From the NCBI GenBank assembly GCA_017654855.1, contig CM030332.1:6696001-6760000 (forward strand): DNA of 64,000 bases, read 5' to 3'. The position numbers were made by a program, and so were the translations under genes. This document shows, piece after piece, positions 13,401 to 25,731 of this stretch. Origin of the DNA: Podospora anserina. Its lineage: Eukaryota. The notes below the pieces were generated by a model. It was given only the letters and a program-made list of their open reading frames with translations. It had not been told where the DNA came from and ran no database searches. Position 1 is the stretch's first letter; each line of letters begins with the position of its first letter.

Positions 13401-14759
13401 TTCAACGTGAATTGGAAACACCTCACCACACTGGCAGTTCACTGCCATCTCGGTGCCACGCTCAGCCCACCCAACCTCCTAGACCGCACCGTTAGATGTC
13501 TTCCAGCCCTCCAGAATCTGTATCTCTCTCACCTGCCACACTCAGCGTTCAATGACAGTTCTCTTCTGGCCCTCCCTCCACTGAAGACACTATCGTTGGC
13601 TCATTGCACAGGCGTAACCACCGACGGCCTCTCTGCCCTTGCAACTCGACGCAACAGCAATTCCCTCCACACGCTCACCCTTATTCACATGAACATCGAA
13701 TCTCTCCCCGCCATCGCCCGACTATTCTCGTATCTTTACTGCCTCGAAACCTTCAACATTGTTCAGACAATCGCCCCTGCGATACCACCAGACGAGTTCA
13801 TCATGCTCTTTCCGTATCTCGCCTGCCGAACCCTCAAACGACTGCACTGGGACATTCCATACCTACCAACACAGTCCACACCCTCGGATACCATCCTCGC
13901 AAAGTCCATCAGCGCAGGTGGCTTCCCCGCCCTCCGCTACCTCTGCGCGCCGAACGACCCGGAAGGGATCTTCCAGGCTGTCTGCCAGCCGAGAGAAAAG
14001 GTCGATTTGCCAGGTGACCGCTTCCGCGGACGAGCCCACAGTTACGGGCACGCACACGCCAACAGCACTTCCTCTCGCCGTCCCAGCTCATCCCAAGCCT
14101 GGCAGGGTTTTGGCTCGGGCCACCACCGCAACTCGTCCACTGCCTCGTCGCAGCGGTCCGGCAGCGCGCTGGGGTTCTGGGGGAGCAGCAACCGGTCTCG
14201 AAGCGGGAGCCGGTCGGGCAGCAGAAGTGGAAACACCCCACCGCCGGTCAGCCCGCTCTTCCCGCCGCCGGATGCGCTGGATATGATGGCGCGGGATAAT
14301 AGCGATTTGCACCAGGCGAGGATGGCGGCGCAGGCGAGGATCGACCAGGCGAAGAAGTATCCGAGGTTTTTTATTCAGGTTTTTGATGAGGGGGGCACCA
14401 TGAGGGAGAAGTATGGAGTTGGGGCGTTTGTCGGGACGGTGGGGAGCAAGGTTAGGTATGTGCTGACTCCGAATGAGGGGTTGGGACAGACGGACGAGGG
14501 AGGGGGGTTGGTGACGGTGGAGGATATGATTAGGGATGATGGGGGGGAAGCGTTGGTTTTGGGGGGAGGGGAGGGGGATGGGAGAAGCAAGAAGAAGAAG
14601 GGTGCTGGGGTTGGGGAACGGGAGGAGGGGGAGAAGAGGACTAGAGAGGGATGTACGGGACGGTGGAATACGTATTCGGGCATGGTGGTTGATAAGAAGG
14701 ACAAGGAACGGTGGTGGCATCAGGAGCGGGGGAGGTGGAGGCAGGCGGTCCCTTCTTGA
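10496..14759 (+). CDS. F-box-like / leucine-rich-repeat protein with long Ser/Pro-rich N-terminus (probable exon 1 10496-10908, intron 10909-11953, exon 2 11954-14759)
   Basis: F-box-like LFAALPGEVLELMLEEL...CATCWMRDCCSVALS...AREALY followed by LRR-like LxxLxL segments. The upstream Ser-rich ORF ends at a GTGAGT donor and joins in frame (CG|A = Arg) at TTAAC...TGTAG. Confidence 0.75.
11571..11603. repeat. 7-bp tandem repeat (CTTGGTT) x4+
   Basis: cttggttcttggttcttggttcttggttcttgg, inside the predicted long intron. Confidence 0.9.
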
Positions 14760-15283
14760 GGAGAGAGAACCATGTTGTATATTGAGCATATTTTTGGACG
14801 AGTTGATGATCATGTTGGAAATGCTTTGGCAGATTATCTGGGGTAAAAAGTAGGTAGCCAGGTTTTAATCATGAAGCGATGACATACAAGCACATACATA
14901 AAGACTGTACGATGTAGTCAAAATAAGAATATCTCCGGCAACTCAACATCGGCTTAGAGCAATTCCCTATCGGGCGATCGTGAAGGATGGTTGGGGTGTC
15001 ATTAACGTTGCTGGGTTAGGGTTGTTACCCTTCTGTCGGGATCTGCCGGCTTTGAGCGACAGGGGTAGCTTATCGAACCGGCGGGGATCGGTGGTGGCGC
15101 CGACGTCATTTTTCTTTGGCTGGGAGCCGCAGCGGATCTCGGGTTTTTTCCATCATTTCACTAACATCTTGAGCATAACTATCAACAATTACGCGCTTTT
15201 AAACACTAGGCTATTCATCTTTGCGAGCCTGCACCCTGGACTTACCGATTTAAATCCTCAGAAAAAAACGCACAAACGTCAGA

Positions 15284-16138
15284 ATGCGGTCCTCGCTTGT
15301 GTCGTCCTCGCGGCGCGCGGCATCACAAATGTGCGCCTCGTGTCAAAGAGAGGCGAAGAACTCGCTGAGATCGAGAGCAGCCTTTTCCAGCCTGTCTGTA
15401 ACCCCCAGAGAAAGATCCCAAACATCAATGTCAGGGAGTACACCCAGGATATCACTCCTCCAGCCCCGACAACAGCGGTGGTCCTCCTCCTCCTCCTCCT
15501 CCTCCTCCTCTTCTTCTTCTTCTTCTTCTTCACCATCAGAACCAACACCAGCCTCAAAAGACGGGAGCAAGAAGAGGAAAACCCCCCCATTCTACGCCCT
15601 CTTCCCCCAGACCCTCCCCCTCGGCCCACCTCCCTCGGGACCCTTCCACATCCCCCTCCGCACCCTCCGCAACGAGTTCCTCAAGCTCCAAGCCCTCTCC
15701 CACCCAGACTTTGCCCACTCCTCCGCGTCCGCCAGTGCCAAATCCGCCGCGACGACCAACTCTGCCATTATCAACACGGCCTACAAAACGCTATCCAACC
15801 CTCTCTTGCGCGCGCAGTATCTCTTGCATGAGCTGTACGATGTCGACTTGGCGGGTGATGAGGCGGGGACGCATGCGGAGCCTGACCCGGAGCTGTTGAT
15901 GACTGTTTTGGAGAGTAGGGAGATCATTGAGGAGGCGGACACGGAGCAGGATCTGGAGGAGCTGAGGGAGGAGAATGAGAAGAGGATTGAGGAGGCGGAG
16001 AGGGGGTTGGAGGAGGCTTTCAAGGTGGAGGATGTGGAACGGGCGAAGGAGGAGGCGGTGAGGTTGAGGTACTGGATGAATATTAGGGAGGGGATGGATA
16101 ATTGGGAGAGGGGGAAGGGGGTGGTCTTGCAGCATTGA
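15284..16138 (+). CDS. JAC1: Mitochondrial Fe-S cluster co-chaperone (HscB/Jac1 J-protein)
   Basis: Arg/Ser-rich presequence, FYALFP...LRNEFLKLQALSHPDF J-domain with HPD, INTAYKTLSNPLLRAQYLL, C-terminal AVRLRYW. Poly-Ser is encoded by a (TCC)n(TCT)n tract at about 15481-15530. Confidence 0.92.
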   Translation: MRSSLVSSSRRAASQMCASCQREAKNSLRSRAAFSSLSVTPRERSQTSMSGSTPRISLLQPRQQRWSSSSSSSSSSSSSSSSSPSEPTPASKDGSKKRKTPPFYALFPQTLPLGPPPSGPFHIPLRTLRNEFLKLQALSHPDFAHSSASASAKSAATTNSAIINTAYKTLSNPLLRAQYLLHELYDVDLAGDEAGTHAEPDPELLMTVLESREIIEEADTEQDLEELREENEKRIEEAERGLEEAFKVEDVERAKEEAVRLRYWMNIREGMDNWERGKGVVLQH

Positions 16139-16967
16139 GGGCGGGTAGAGATGGGAACAGTAAGGGAGGCTCTGCGGTGCGATCAATGGCACTTGCGAGT
16201 CTGGTGAAGGTGAAAGAAAAGGGGAAACCTGATAGGAAGGACATGAGGCTTGTGTGTGTTTGCCAAAGAGCAGCGTATGCGTATATGTAGGATTATTCGC
16301 AAAATATTGGGAAGACGTGCCGCAGGACTGCCATGTTGACGAAAGAGTTCAAGTTCACGGGGGTGCGGTCACTTCGAATTTATTTGTGCGGTCAGAGTCG
16401 GAAAAATCGTACGATCTTGACGTAGGCCGCCAGTGCCTACCAGTAGGTAGGCACATCTGACAGCTGCATCACTTACACGCGCTGATAGAGGTCTGCTGAG
16501 GACGTGGCTGATCAGAAACCCCCAAACCGGCTCTCGATATCAAAGTGCATCACTCGACCAACCCATAGCTGAGAGTAATCGTTGATAATTCGTGTACACC
16601 AATCTGAATACATGTGCCGTAATGCAACCCAGATATGCATAGATAAGGACGCATGATTCCCCCTTACTACCACCCGCGCTACCACTCTTCCGTTCGTCCT
16701 ATCATTCATTGCATACTAGCATCAGAGCCGTCTCTCGGTGATCCTCGGTATTCAAGTGACCCAAACCACCGGTATCTTCATCAGATTAGGCAGGGATGAG
16801 ACGGTCCAATCGGAGGATTTTATCTTGGACCGCATGGGAGGGAGCCAAAAGCTTGGGTACAACGCGAGTTGCTTCATTCATGCTCAGGTATCTAATTACA
16901 TACAAAAAAATTAAATATTGTGTTTTGTCTCGTCATCATAATTATCATCCTCCAATCAACACGCCCT

Positions 16968-18653
16968 TCAGGGGAGGGCAAGAGCCTCCTGGAGGGCAGC
17001 CAGCGCGCCAAAGAGCTCGTTGTCATGATATTTTCTGGTGGTAATCTGCAAGTTGATAGGGGCGTTCTCAAAGTCACCCTTGGCCCACAGTTCCCGGGTG
17101 TGCTTGTCTTGCTCGCTCAGAGGAGTGGCGTCCTCGGGAGCGTAGTCCTCGGCACCCTTCTTGAGCGCCTTGATGGGGGTGGGGAAGACAACACCGGGGT
17201 AGTCGAGGTAGTTCCACAGGGCGGTGTAGTTCCAGTAGAAAGCAGTCTCGTGCTCACAAGCCGGGCCAACAAAAACGGGAGAGATGACCACATCGACATC
17301 CTGCGCGTTCCAGTCCGCGACGAACTTCTGGCGGTAGACATCACGGGCAACACGGTACTCGAGCACCTTGGAGACGGGGAGCTCTTCCTCGCTCACGGCA
17401 TCCTTCAGGATCCACTCCGTCAGATGGAACATTGGCTCGCCCGTGGCAGCAAGGTGAGCTCTGACGGCGTTGCCACCGTCGGGCCAATAAGCCTTGCGGA
17501 TGTTGACCATGGCCTCGGCCGCTTGGTAAGGGACGAAGGACTTGACCTCGAACTTGCCAGGGAACTTGGTCTCTAGCTGCTCCTTGGCCCAGGCAAGAGC
17601 CCGCTTGACAGGAGGCTGAGGGATGATGGCACCGTCATTCCACATGATGCCGACCTTGAGAGGAGTGGTCTTGGGAGCGGTGGCAGTGCCGGTCCACGGG
17701 ATAGGGATGAGTGCTGGGTCCTCAACGTGCGGGTTCGAGGCTTTGACGACGGAGCAGAAGAGATCCATATCCCTCAAAGAGTGGCCCATGGGGCCGGTAG
17801 AGCAGAGCACCGTCAGCTCGGCAGCGAAACCACCAACAAGGAAGTCCTTGGTAGGGAGATAGTACGATGTCGACTTGTAGCCATAGATACCGCAGAATCC
17901 AGCCGGCCCGCGAATCGAACCGCCAATGTCGGTACCGATACCAAGAATGGAACCGCGAATGGCCAACAGGGCCGCCTCACCACCGGTAGATCCACCAGCC
18001 GACAGATCAATGTTGTGAGGGTTGAGGGTGCGACCAAGAGGAGAGACGGTCTCAAGGTGCATGATGCCCTGGGGCTGGTTGGTCTTGCAGTAGAAGACGG
18101 CACCTGCAGCGCGAAGGATGGCCACCATTTGGCAGTCATAGTCATCAATGTGGCGCGTGTCGAGGAAACCAACGGCTGTGTAGTGACCCTTAATGGGCAT
18201 GTGCTCCTTCAGACTGATAGGAACACCATGAAAAGGACCAACGGTCTTGCCGGTCTTCTCCAGATGCTCGTCAAGGGCCTTCGCCCTCTCGAGGGCCTCG
18301 CCTTGGAAGTACTCTACCAAGCAGCCGGTGAGCTGGTGGGCGATGGCAGCACGCTTGGTGAAGGCGGTGGCGACAGCCACGGCGCTGAACTTCTTGGAAG
18401 CGATGGCAGCGGCCAAGGCAGTGGCATCGTAGTTTTCGGTAATGTCGATTTCCTCGGCAGTCAGGATACCGCACTCCCTTGGTACGGGGGTGACGTCCCG
18501 TGGAGGGTTGTCAATCAGTGACTGGGGTAGGTAGTACTCGTCAGGAATGCTGGCCTCGAGCTCGGAAAGATACTTTTGGCGCAGAGCCTCGTACTCAGGG
18601 GTTCCTTGAGGCAAGGGTACCCGCTGAACAACAGGAAGCGGTCTGGAAGACAT
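16968..18653 (-). CDS. Amidase-signature family enzyme (acetamidase/general amidase-like)
   Basis: GPFHGVPISLKE (catalytic Lys), GGSTGGEAALL, GTDIGGSIRGPA (catalytic Ser region). Likely start MSSRPLP at 18653. Confidence 0.93.
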   Translation of the reverse strand: MSSRPLPVVQRVPLPQGTPEYEALRQKYLSELEASIPDEYYLPQSLIDNPPRDVTPVPRECGILTAEEIDITENYDATALAAAIASKKFSAVAVATAFTKRAAIAHQLTGCLVEYFQGEALERAKALDEHLEKTGKTVGPFHGVPISLKEHMPIKGHYTAVGFLDTRHIDDYDCQMVAILRAAGAVFYCKTNQPQGIMHLETVSPLGRTLNPHNIDLSAGGSTGGEAALLAIRGSILGIGTDIGGSIRGPAGFCGIYGYKSTSYYLPTKDFLVGGFAAELTVLCSTGPMGHSLRDMDLFCSVVKASNPHVEDPALIPIPWTGTATAPKTTPLKVGIMWNDGAIIPQPPVKRALAWAKEQLETKFPGKFEVKSFVPYQAAEAMVNIRKAYWPDGGNAVRAHLAATGEPMFHLTEWILKDAVSEEELPVSKVLEYRVARDVYRQKFVADWNAQDVDVVISPVFVGPACEHETAFYWNYTALWNYLDYPGVVFPTPIKALKKGAEDYAPEDATPLSEQDKHTRELWAKGDFENAPINLQITTRKYHDNELFGALAALQEALALP

Positions 18654-19381
18654 GTTGAAAAATGACAAGGGGTAGATCGTTGAGTAGACAGGGTTGAAAG
18701 ATGATGAGATGAGTTGAACTGGTGATTGGAAGCCAGGCGCGAACGGGCCTTCGACATTTATCGACCTTGGAACTGCTGTATTACTATTGGGAAATCTGTC
18801 CTCTGGATACCGAACCCCGTGATACCATCGTGATACCTGACTCAACACGCGTTGTTGATGAAACTTGGATATCTCGTTCAGTTGGCTTATCGTGAGGGGG
18901 TATCAACCAGATAGGCACGGTGGAGAGCTGTCCTGATACCAGCTGCCCGAAAGCCAGTCGAGGGGACGATGATGATCCCCTCCCGAGATATGCAAGCACG
19001 GCTGATGCTGGTTGGTTCCCTTCCAGTCGGGATCGTGGTGTGTAGTTCACTGCCAAGAGCTACCGGTGGTTTAGTTCCATGATCCTGCTAGAGAAGCCGA
19101 CATATCTGATAAGAGGGAGATGTCTCGGAATTTAAGTGGAGCTCTGGGGAATCCTCACATGCCCTGGATTGTAAGCCACTAAAACGTAGAATGATTGTCA
19201 ACTTACACATCTTCACCAAAAAAATAGGCTTTGAAAGAAAGGTAATAGACGTCAAAGGATAGTAAGAACGCCTATTATCCATCTCCGAGCCTCATTAATT
19301 ATCTTTTGATGTGTATTGAAGATACGTGTCCTCCGTTGACTTACTTTTGCAGTGCCAGTTATTTTGTTCCTAGCGTGCCTC

Positions 19382-19394
19382 GTTATCCGATAAC
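19382..19394. promoter_or_regulatory. Inverted pair of GATA sites (GTTATC-C-GATAAC) in the amidase/MFS divergent promoter
   Basis: Inverted repeat containing GATAA on both strands, with further GATA cores in 18880-19310. Function is inferred. Confidence 0.4.
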
Positions 19395-19647
19395 AGCGGA
19401 GAATAACTAGGCTTCCAAGACGTGTCTAAGTGGTCAGCATGGTTGACAGCAGGATGCTAGCGGTAGTCCTGGAGGTCTGTGTAGCTGTCAGTGTCTGACA
19501 AGTGCTGAGATAACGGCGAGTGGTTCCCATGTCTCTTCCAAAAAAGGTAACATAAATGCAGTTTATAAATACATTACGTCTTGTCCCCAATGAAGATTGT
19601 GATTCTCCAGTCAACGCCCGCTCATCCACCTCGACACACACCTCAGG

Positions 19648-21270
19648 ATGGCTACTCAGCATACGGCCGTGGTGCCCGGCACCGTCCACCTCGTCGATGT
19701 TTCCGGCGCGGCGCCTGCCGGCGCAAAGATGCGGGACGGAATCCAACTTGTTCCCCGTCCTAGCGATGATCCCGAGGACCCTCTCAACTGGAGCAGAGGC
19801 CGCAAGATGTTGGCTCTCGCCATGGTTGTGGTCTACACCTTCGGCACTGGACTTCCTATGACCCTCCAATACTCGATTCTCGCCGACATCACCGCGGATA
19901 CCGGCATCTCCACTGCAACACTTGTCGAAGGTACCGGTTACGCTTTCTTGCTGCTTGGTTTCGGCTGCTTGTTCTGGCAGCCCATTGCCTTGACATATGG
20001 CCGCCGCGGTGTTTATCTCGTTTCGACCCTTGCTACCGTGCCTTTGATGGTTTGGACAGCCTATTCCAAGTCGGGCGGCGAATGGTTCGCTCATCGTATC
20101 ATGCTTGGGTTCTTCTGTGCACCTATCGAGGCCTTACCCGAGGTCAGCATTCCCGACGTCTTTTTTGCCCATGAGCGCGGTGCCATGATGGGCGTGTACG
20201 TCTTTTCGCTCTTCGGCTCCAACTTCCTGGCTCCCTTGATTGGCGGCTGGTTCAACGAGGCGTATGGATGGAAGTGGACCATGTACTTTGGTGCCATCTT
20301 CGCTGCCGTGGCCTTCATCATCCTGTTTTTCTTCATGGAGGAGACCATGTATTTCCGCCAGGGTTTGGAGGGTCTGGAGGATGAGCAGGATGAGATTGCT
20401 GCTGCTGCTACCACCACCGATGCCGGAGAGAAGGGAGAGAAGAGCAGCAGCTCGAGCCAGACCGTCAGCGAATCTCCTGCTGCCATCTACGTCAAGCCCA
20501 CCCTCTCCCAGAAACTCGCGTGGTTCCGCAAGATGGACGGCCGACCAACCTACCAACACATGCTCAAGACCATGTATATGCCCTTCATTTACCTTTACCA
20601 ATTCCCCATCGTCCTCTGGGCCGGTTTCATCTACGGCATCAACCTCTGCTGGTACCAAGTCCTGAACGGAACTGCCAGCCCTGTTCTCGCCAACGCTCCC
20701 TACAACTGGTCTTCCGGTCTTGTCGGCACCATCTACACCGGTCCCATCGTCGGCGCGGCCATTGGCTGCTACTGGGCTGGTTCCATTGCCGATAAGTTCA
20801 CCTTGTGGCTTGCCCGCCGGAACAACGGCGTCCGTGAGCCCGAGCACCGTCTCTGGCCCCTTCTTGTGACGGCTGTCTTGGGAGCCATCGGCCTTATCAT
20901 GTGGGGTGTTGGTGCCCAGCATCACGCTCACTGGGCAGTTTTGGCCGTCGGTCTCGGTATTCTGACTGCCAGTGTCGTAGCTGGTGGCTCGGTTGCTCTC
21001 TCGTACAACATTGACTGCTACAAGGATATCTCGGGCGACACCACCACCGCTGTTATCCTGGTCCGCAACCTGATGGGTTTCGCCATTGCCTATGGAATCA
21101 CGCCCTGGTATACCAACATGGGTCTCCAAAACTGCTTCATCATGGCTGGCTTCCTTGCCTTGGGCTGCACTCTTACCTTTTTGTTCATGACATGGAAGGG
21201 CAAGGATCTCCGTAGAGCTTCTGCCGAGCGGTATTGGAAGTATGCCGCCGAGAGCTCTTCTGCCCACTAA
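19648..21270 (+). CDS. MFS transporter (HOL1/DHA1-like)
   Basis: LVPRPSDDPEDPLNWS, WQPIALTYGRRGVYL, DVFFAHERG, RRNNGVREPEHRL; about 12 hydrophobic segments. Confidence 0.93.
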   Translation: MATQHTAVVPGTVHLVDVSGAAPAGAKMRDGIQLVPRPSDDPEDPLNWSRGRKMLALAMVVVYTFGTGLPMTLQYSILADITADTGISTATLVEGTGYAFLLLGFGCLFWQPIALTYGRRGVYLVSTLATVPLMVWTAYSKSGGEWFAHRIMLGFFCAPIEALPEVSIPDVFFAHERGAMMGVYVFSLFGSNFLAPLIGGWFNEAYGWKWTMYFGAIFAAVAFIILFFFMEETMYFRQGLEGLEDEQDEIAAAATTTDAGEKGEKSSSSSQTVSESPAAIYVKPTLSQKLAWFRKMDGRPTYQHMLKTMYMPFIYLYQFPIVLWAGFIYGINLCWYQVLNGTASPVLANAPYNWSSGLVGTIYTGPIVGAAIGCYWAGSIADKFTLWLARRNNGVREPEHRLWPLLVTAVLGAIGLIMWGVGAQHHAHWAVLAVGLGILTASVVAGGSVALSYNIDCYKDISGDTTTAVILVRNLMGFAIAYGITPWYTNMGLQNCFIMAGFLALGCTLTFLFMTWKGKDLRRASAERYWKYAAESSSAH

Positions 21271-21862
21271 TTGTTACGGGGGTTGATGGGTGGGCGGAAG
21301 CCCTAATGTTGGATCTGATGAAGATGAATACCTAATAATACATAGAATAGGAGGATGAGTAGTGAGTCTTTGTTTCTCATCAAGCTTGCTCACCAAAGCA
21401 GCGGCGGGTGGAAAGTCTCAAACGATAATGATAGATAAAATGAATATAAAATACCAAGGGAATTTTCTTCTCAGACAAGATTCCCCTTTGCGTGACGTGC
21501 TGTGTTGTATTTAAACTGGAAAACGGAAGCCACCTTCCTTTTCCATTGGTGGACCCAAATGCGCATGACAAACCCCACTCCCGGAGTTTGACAGCTCTGG
21601 GCTTGGCGTTTCCCCACAACCCCGCCCACCCCACTCAAGCCGCCCGAGGCTGCACACTCCAGCACACAGCTTCCAGTCCCCCCACTGTCGGGCTGGCTGA
21701 GCTTCAACTTCCATCCATACAACGCTCTCAGCCTTGCTGTCACCAACCAATTTCAGGTCCGATTCATCACAGCCAGTTTATCATACCCAACATTTCGACC
21801 TCGTCATAAGCCCCAAACCCAAGTAACTTCGTCATTCTAGCTACCCAATTCGACCTCCGAAC

Positions 21863-23125
21863 ATGGTTTCGCCCAAGGTCCAAGAGGCCCTCGCAAAGGC
21901 CCAAGAGAACCCCGTCATCGGTTACAAAACCCTCCTCAACAGCCTCGACGACTTCTCCCCCCCAGAAGCCCGCAGCACCGACCTCAAAGCCATCACTGAC
22001 GACCTATTCGCCGCCTCCCACGGCGTCGTCACCACCAAAGCCGTCCTTAGCGACCTCATCAACGTCCTCAAAAACTCCCAGAACCACGAGTCCTGGATCG
22101 ACGTCGGCACCCACATCGTCCGCGCCATCTCCTCCACCCCGTCCCTCTCCTCCTCTCTTGTCGACCAAGCCTCGGCCCTCCGCGAGCTCATCGCCACCGC
22201 CCACGAAACCAACGAGGACTTCCTCGCCGCCGCCAAGATCCTCGCCGAGATCCCCCTCGACTCCTCCCAGCGCCGCGTGTCAGACCGCGAGAAGGCCAAA
22301 ATATGGATCAGAATTGTCAGGAACCACCTGGAGGAAGATGATAGCACTACCGCTGAGACATACCTCAACAAGCTCAAGAACGTGATGCACAAGGTTGGAG
22401 ACACGGATCCGGAGATGATGCTCCACTTCAAGCTGAGCGCCGCTCGGATTCAGGATTCCAACAGGCAGTTCTTGCAGGCGGCATCGAGTTACCACGACAT
22501 CAGCTTCTCGCCTTCGATTGCTGAGGAGGAGAGGCTGCACACGCTCAGCATGGCGATCAAGTGCGCGGTCTTGGCGCCGGCTGGTCCGTTGAGGAGCAGG
22601 GCGTTGGGCAGGCTTCACAAGGATGAGAGGTCAGCGGGGCTGGAGGAGTATGGGATTCTGGAAAAGATGTTCTTTGATAGGCTGCTGTCGAGTGACGAGG
22701 TGGAAAAGTTTGCGCAGTCGTTGGCGCCGCATCAGCTGGCCAAGACGTCGGACGGGTCGACGGTGTTGGCCAGGGCTGTGGTGGAGCACAACTTGTTGAG
22801 TGCTGGGCGGTTGTACACGAATATTGGGTTTGACGAGTTGGGGCTGTTGCTGGGGTTGGATGGGGACAAGGCTGAGGAGACAACGGCAAAGATGATTGAG
22901 CAAGGGCGGTTGACTGGGTCTATCGATCAGATTGATCGGATCATCTACTTTGAAATGGGTGAGGCGTCTGGTGAGCATGGTAGCGGGCACACAACAGCAC
23001 AGGTCGGAAAGGAGATCCGGCGGTGGGACAGCAACGTGCAGGCCTTGGCCGAAGATGTCGAGCGTGTGACAGACCTCCTGCAGGCAGAGTTTCCAGATTT
23101 TGTGGCCACTCAGATCGCCGTATGA
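21863..23125 (+). CDS. CSN4: COP9 signalosome subunit 4 (PCI domain)
   Basis: AAKILAEIPLDSSQR, CAVLAPAGPLRSRALGRLHKDER, DGSTVLARAVVEHNLLS, GSIDQIDRIIYF. Confidence 0.95.
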   Translation: MVSPKVQEALAKAQENPVIGYKTLLNSLDDFSPPEARSTDLKAITDDLFAASHGVVTTKAVLSDLINVLKNSQNHESWIDVGTHIVRAISSTPSLSSSLVDQASALRELIATAHETNEDFLAAAKILAEIPLDSSQRRVSDREKAKIWIRIVRNHLEEDDSTTAETYLNKLKNVMHKVGDTDPEMMLHFKLSAARIQDSNRQFLQAASSYHDISFSPSIAEEERLHTLSMAIKCAVLAPAGPLRSRALGRLHKDERSAGLEEYGILEKMFFDRLLSSDEVEKFAQSLAPHQLAKTSDGSTVLARAVVEHNLLSAGRLYTNIGFDELGLLLGLDGDKAEETTAKMIEQGRLTGSIDQIDRIIYFEMGEASGEHGSGHTTAQVGKEIRRWDSNVQALAEDVERVTDLLQAEFPDFVATQIAV

Positions 23126-23464
23126 AAGGGGGGATACAATGTCAGAAGAAGCGCATCTGTTTATAACAAGCGAGCGGCATCGTCCCGCTGTTTGGGACAT
23201 GTAGCGGGTTGAATTGTGTACTGACATGCCCTGTCTGTGGGCAAAATGTCTAGATCATAGTTGAATAATGAAGGATTCGAATATAAAACACATATTTACT
23301 TACCCCCCAGATACCTATCCAACCGTTGCCGTAACTCGAAATACGCCGATGCCAAACCTGTTCTCTTGAGACTAGAAAGCCAAACGCTGTCCGCCACTAC
23401 CATGTATAACCAGAAATAGAAATCCCAAAAAAAAAGAAAAAAAGAACAAAAAAAAAGCAGGCGC

Positions 23465-24424
23465 CTAGTCCAGATCGGTTCGCCGAACCACGACATAGCC
23501 CCCGTCGAGGCTCTCTGGGTTGCCGGTCTCCTCCTCAAAGAGCTTGTCATCGTTCTTGAATATCCGCCGTCTCTTTGCGGGAGGAAGATCCGCCACCCTC
23601 TGCTTAACCAGTAAGCTCACCAAGGCCATGCCCACTTTGTTACCGATCAGGTCATAGCCCTCTGGGGTGAAATGGATTTGGTCGTCCCTGTAAGTCTTCC
23701 TGTCTGTCGAGGACATCTTCGTCAAGCTGATAGCATCGTGGAGATCGTATACGTGCCTGCGCTAAGTCAGCTAGGTAAGACAACAAAAAGTGGTAGACGA
23801 TTGAACCCACAAGTTAGGCTTCTTGTAACCCATGATCAGCTCGTTGAGCACTTTCCTATCCGCGTCGCCCCTCATCTTGAATTTGCTGTCGCCCACCACA
23901 TCGGGGACTGTTAGGGCCAGGACTTTACATCCACGTCGAAGCGGTATATCCCAGACCTCAGTCAACTTCTTGAAGATTTCCTGCGGTGGTACTCTAAACG
24001 CGATGTCGCTTGATACTTCGTCAGCGGATCTCATCAACCAGTCTATCATAGGGACGTAGACATACTTTGTGCCTCCCAAAACAATCACCCAGTCAAACGG
24101 AGGCTTATCGTCCTTTTTAGCAGGCGGGACTATATCTCAACCTTGGGTGTTAGCTGTGTGTTCAAGTCCATCCATTTTGGCAATTGTGAAGCATTAACGA
24201 AAGAGCAACTAACAGCACTCCTGCATCCTCGTCAGAAACCCATTCCTGACCATATCCCCGCACTTCCCCCGCTCGACGGTGGTTATTTCGTAGTCGGGAA
24301 AGGCCATCGCCAGCATCTGGTCCATCTTGAAATGGTACGGGTGGTAGGCGGAGCCTAGGTAGGAATAGCCTGCTGTAAGACTGTCCCCAAAGCAGAGGAT
24401 GCGCAGCTTCTGGCGGGCTGCCAT
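23465..24424 (-). CDS. SGNH/GDSL-like hydrolase (4 exons)
   Basis: Block I ILCFGDSLTAG, block III VIVLGGTN|D (split by an intron), block V DDQIHFTPEGYDLIG. Introns at about 24130-24213, 24008-24063 and 23757-23809. Confidence 0.88.
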
Positions 24425-25731
24425 CTTTGCAGGGGCTTTGGAGATGCGATGGCCCAGGTTTGTTTTCGGAAGGGGGCAGTAGCGATATCAAGAGACACGT
24501 GTTCGAGGGGTTGTGAGGTGGTGGAAGTGGAAGCTGATTGCTTGATTGATGCTTCGGATCTCGGGGGCAGAATGCGGCGGAGGGAGGACTGACGGGGTGA
24601 TGATGACGCGGGGATGCGCCTCCTTCGTTGGCTATCCAGCCAGCTTGTTGAGCGCTTCGTTGAAACTGTCGAAAGGATATTCCAGAGGCAAGTTTATGAT
24701 CACAGTTCGATGCACGGTAAAAAGAGCAATGTTTGATGATACGCGCAAGGTTGCAAGTTCCAGGTTGTTGATGGCTGTTCATGTGGTCCATGGTCTGCTG
24801 CCGTTGGGAAGGGTGGGGGCGGGGAGCTAGCTGAGGTGTCGGCCTCGCGCTAACAGCGGAACCCCTGCCCAGCGAAGTGGGCCTATCTGCTCACCAAGCA
24901 CCCAAGGTCCCATTTTCATGGCAATTCAAAAGATCTCGATGTTTCTGAGCCTTATTTCTCGGTCTCTTGCTTTCGCTGCTTGTAGCATGTCAATGCCTAT
25001 TACCGTTCACATATTTACTTGTATATCATCCTCCAGAAACTCCGGAGATGAACTCGAGTATCCACATGGTCAACTAGGTACATCACATGAGCAGTTTTAT
25101 GTTTCCCTGAAACAACCCGGGGTTGGAGATTCAACTTCAACAGTGTTTAGATGGGACTACATGCTGATAACGTCTGCTGAACTTTCCCCAAGAGCCCCTA
25201 ACCATGAGCAATAGCTCGGTGACAGGAGCACTCTAGTCACAGCAGAAGGACAATTTGCACTTAGTGTCGTCACCCAGCCCTCGTTATGAATCATTCAACC
25301 TTGACGGCACCTGTTGTTGATGCAAGGGAAAAGAGCCCCATCTACTGCGTATAAAACAAAAGAATACTGCACTTTGATATCGCCAAGCCGCAACTGCAGC
25401 TTCGGCCAAGCATTACAGCGAACTGTCGGTCCGTCCGCCGTTGTCGGAGTTCTAGATGTCAACCCCGGACCGCTGTCCGGTTCGTCACTTTCCCCAGAAA
25501 AAGCAACTGTCGGGTACAGTGGGGTCCCCTAGAGTAACAGCACCCGTCCTCCAATCACTCACCACCGCATTAATTGAGCCAGATATCGGGTTTGCCCGCT
25601 CCCGCGTGACATTATCCCGTTGGCGATTGAGGGATGTTGAGATATAAATAATAAAATCTTCTCCGTATAATTGTCAACATTGCTATTTGCTTTGAAATCA
25701 TTCCACGAAGCCCAGAAGGCGAGTTGTCACA

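Noticed and set aside
18654..18848. 65-aa N-terminal extension of the amidase ORF
   Set aside because: Starts at a non-ATG codon and looks like 5' UTR; the ATG at 18653 has good context (TTCAACATG).
20134..21267. Long antisense ORFs (377 aa here; others opposite the amidase, GFA1 and the Thr-rich gene)
   Set aside because: Shadow ORFs expected from codon bias of the real genes on the other strand.
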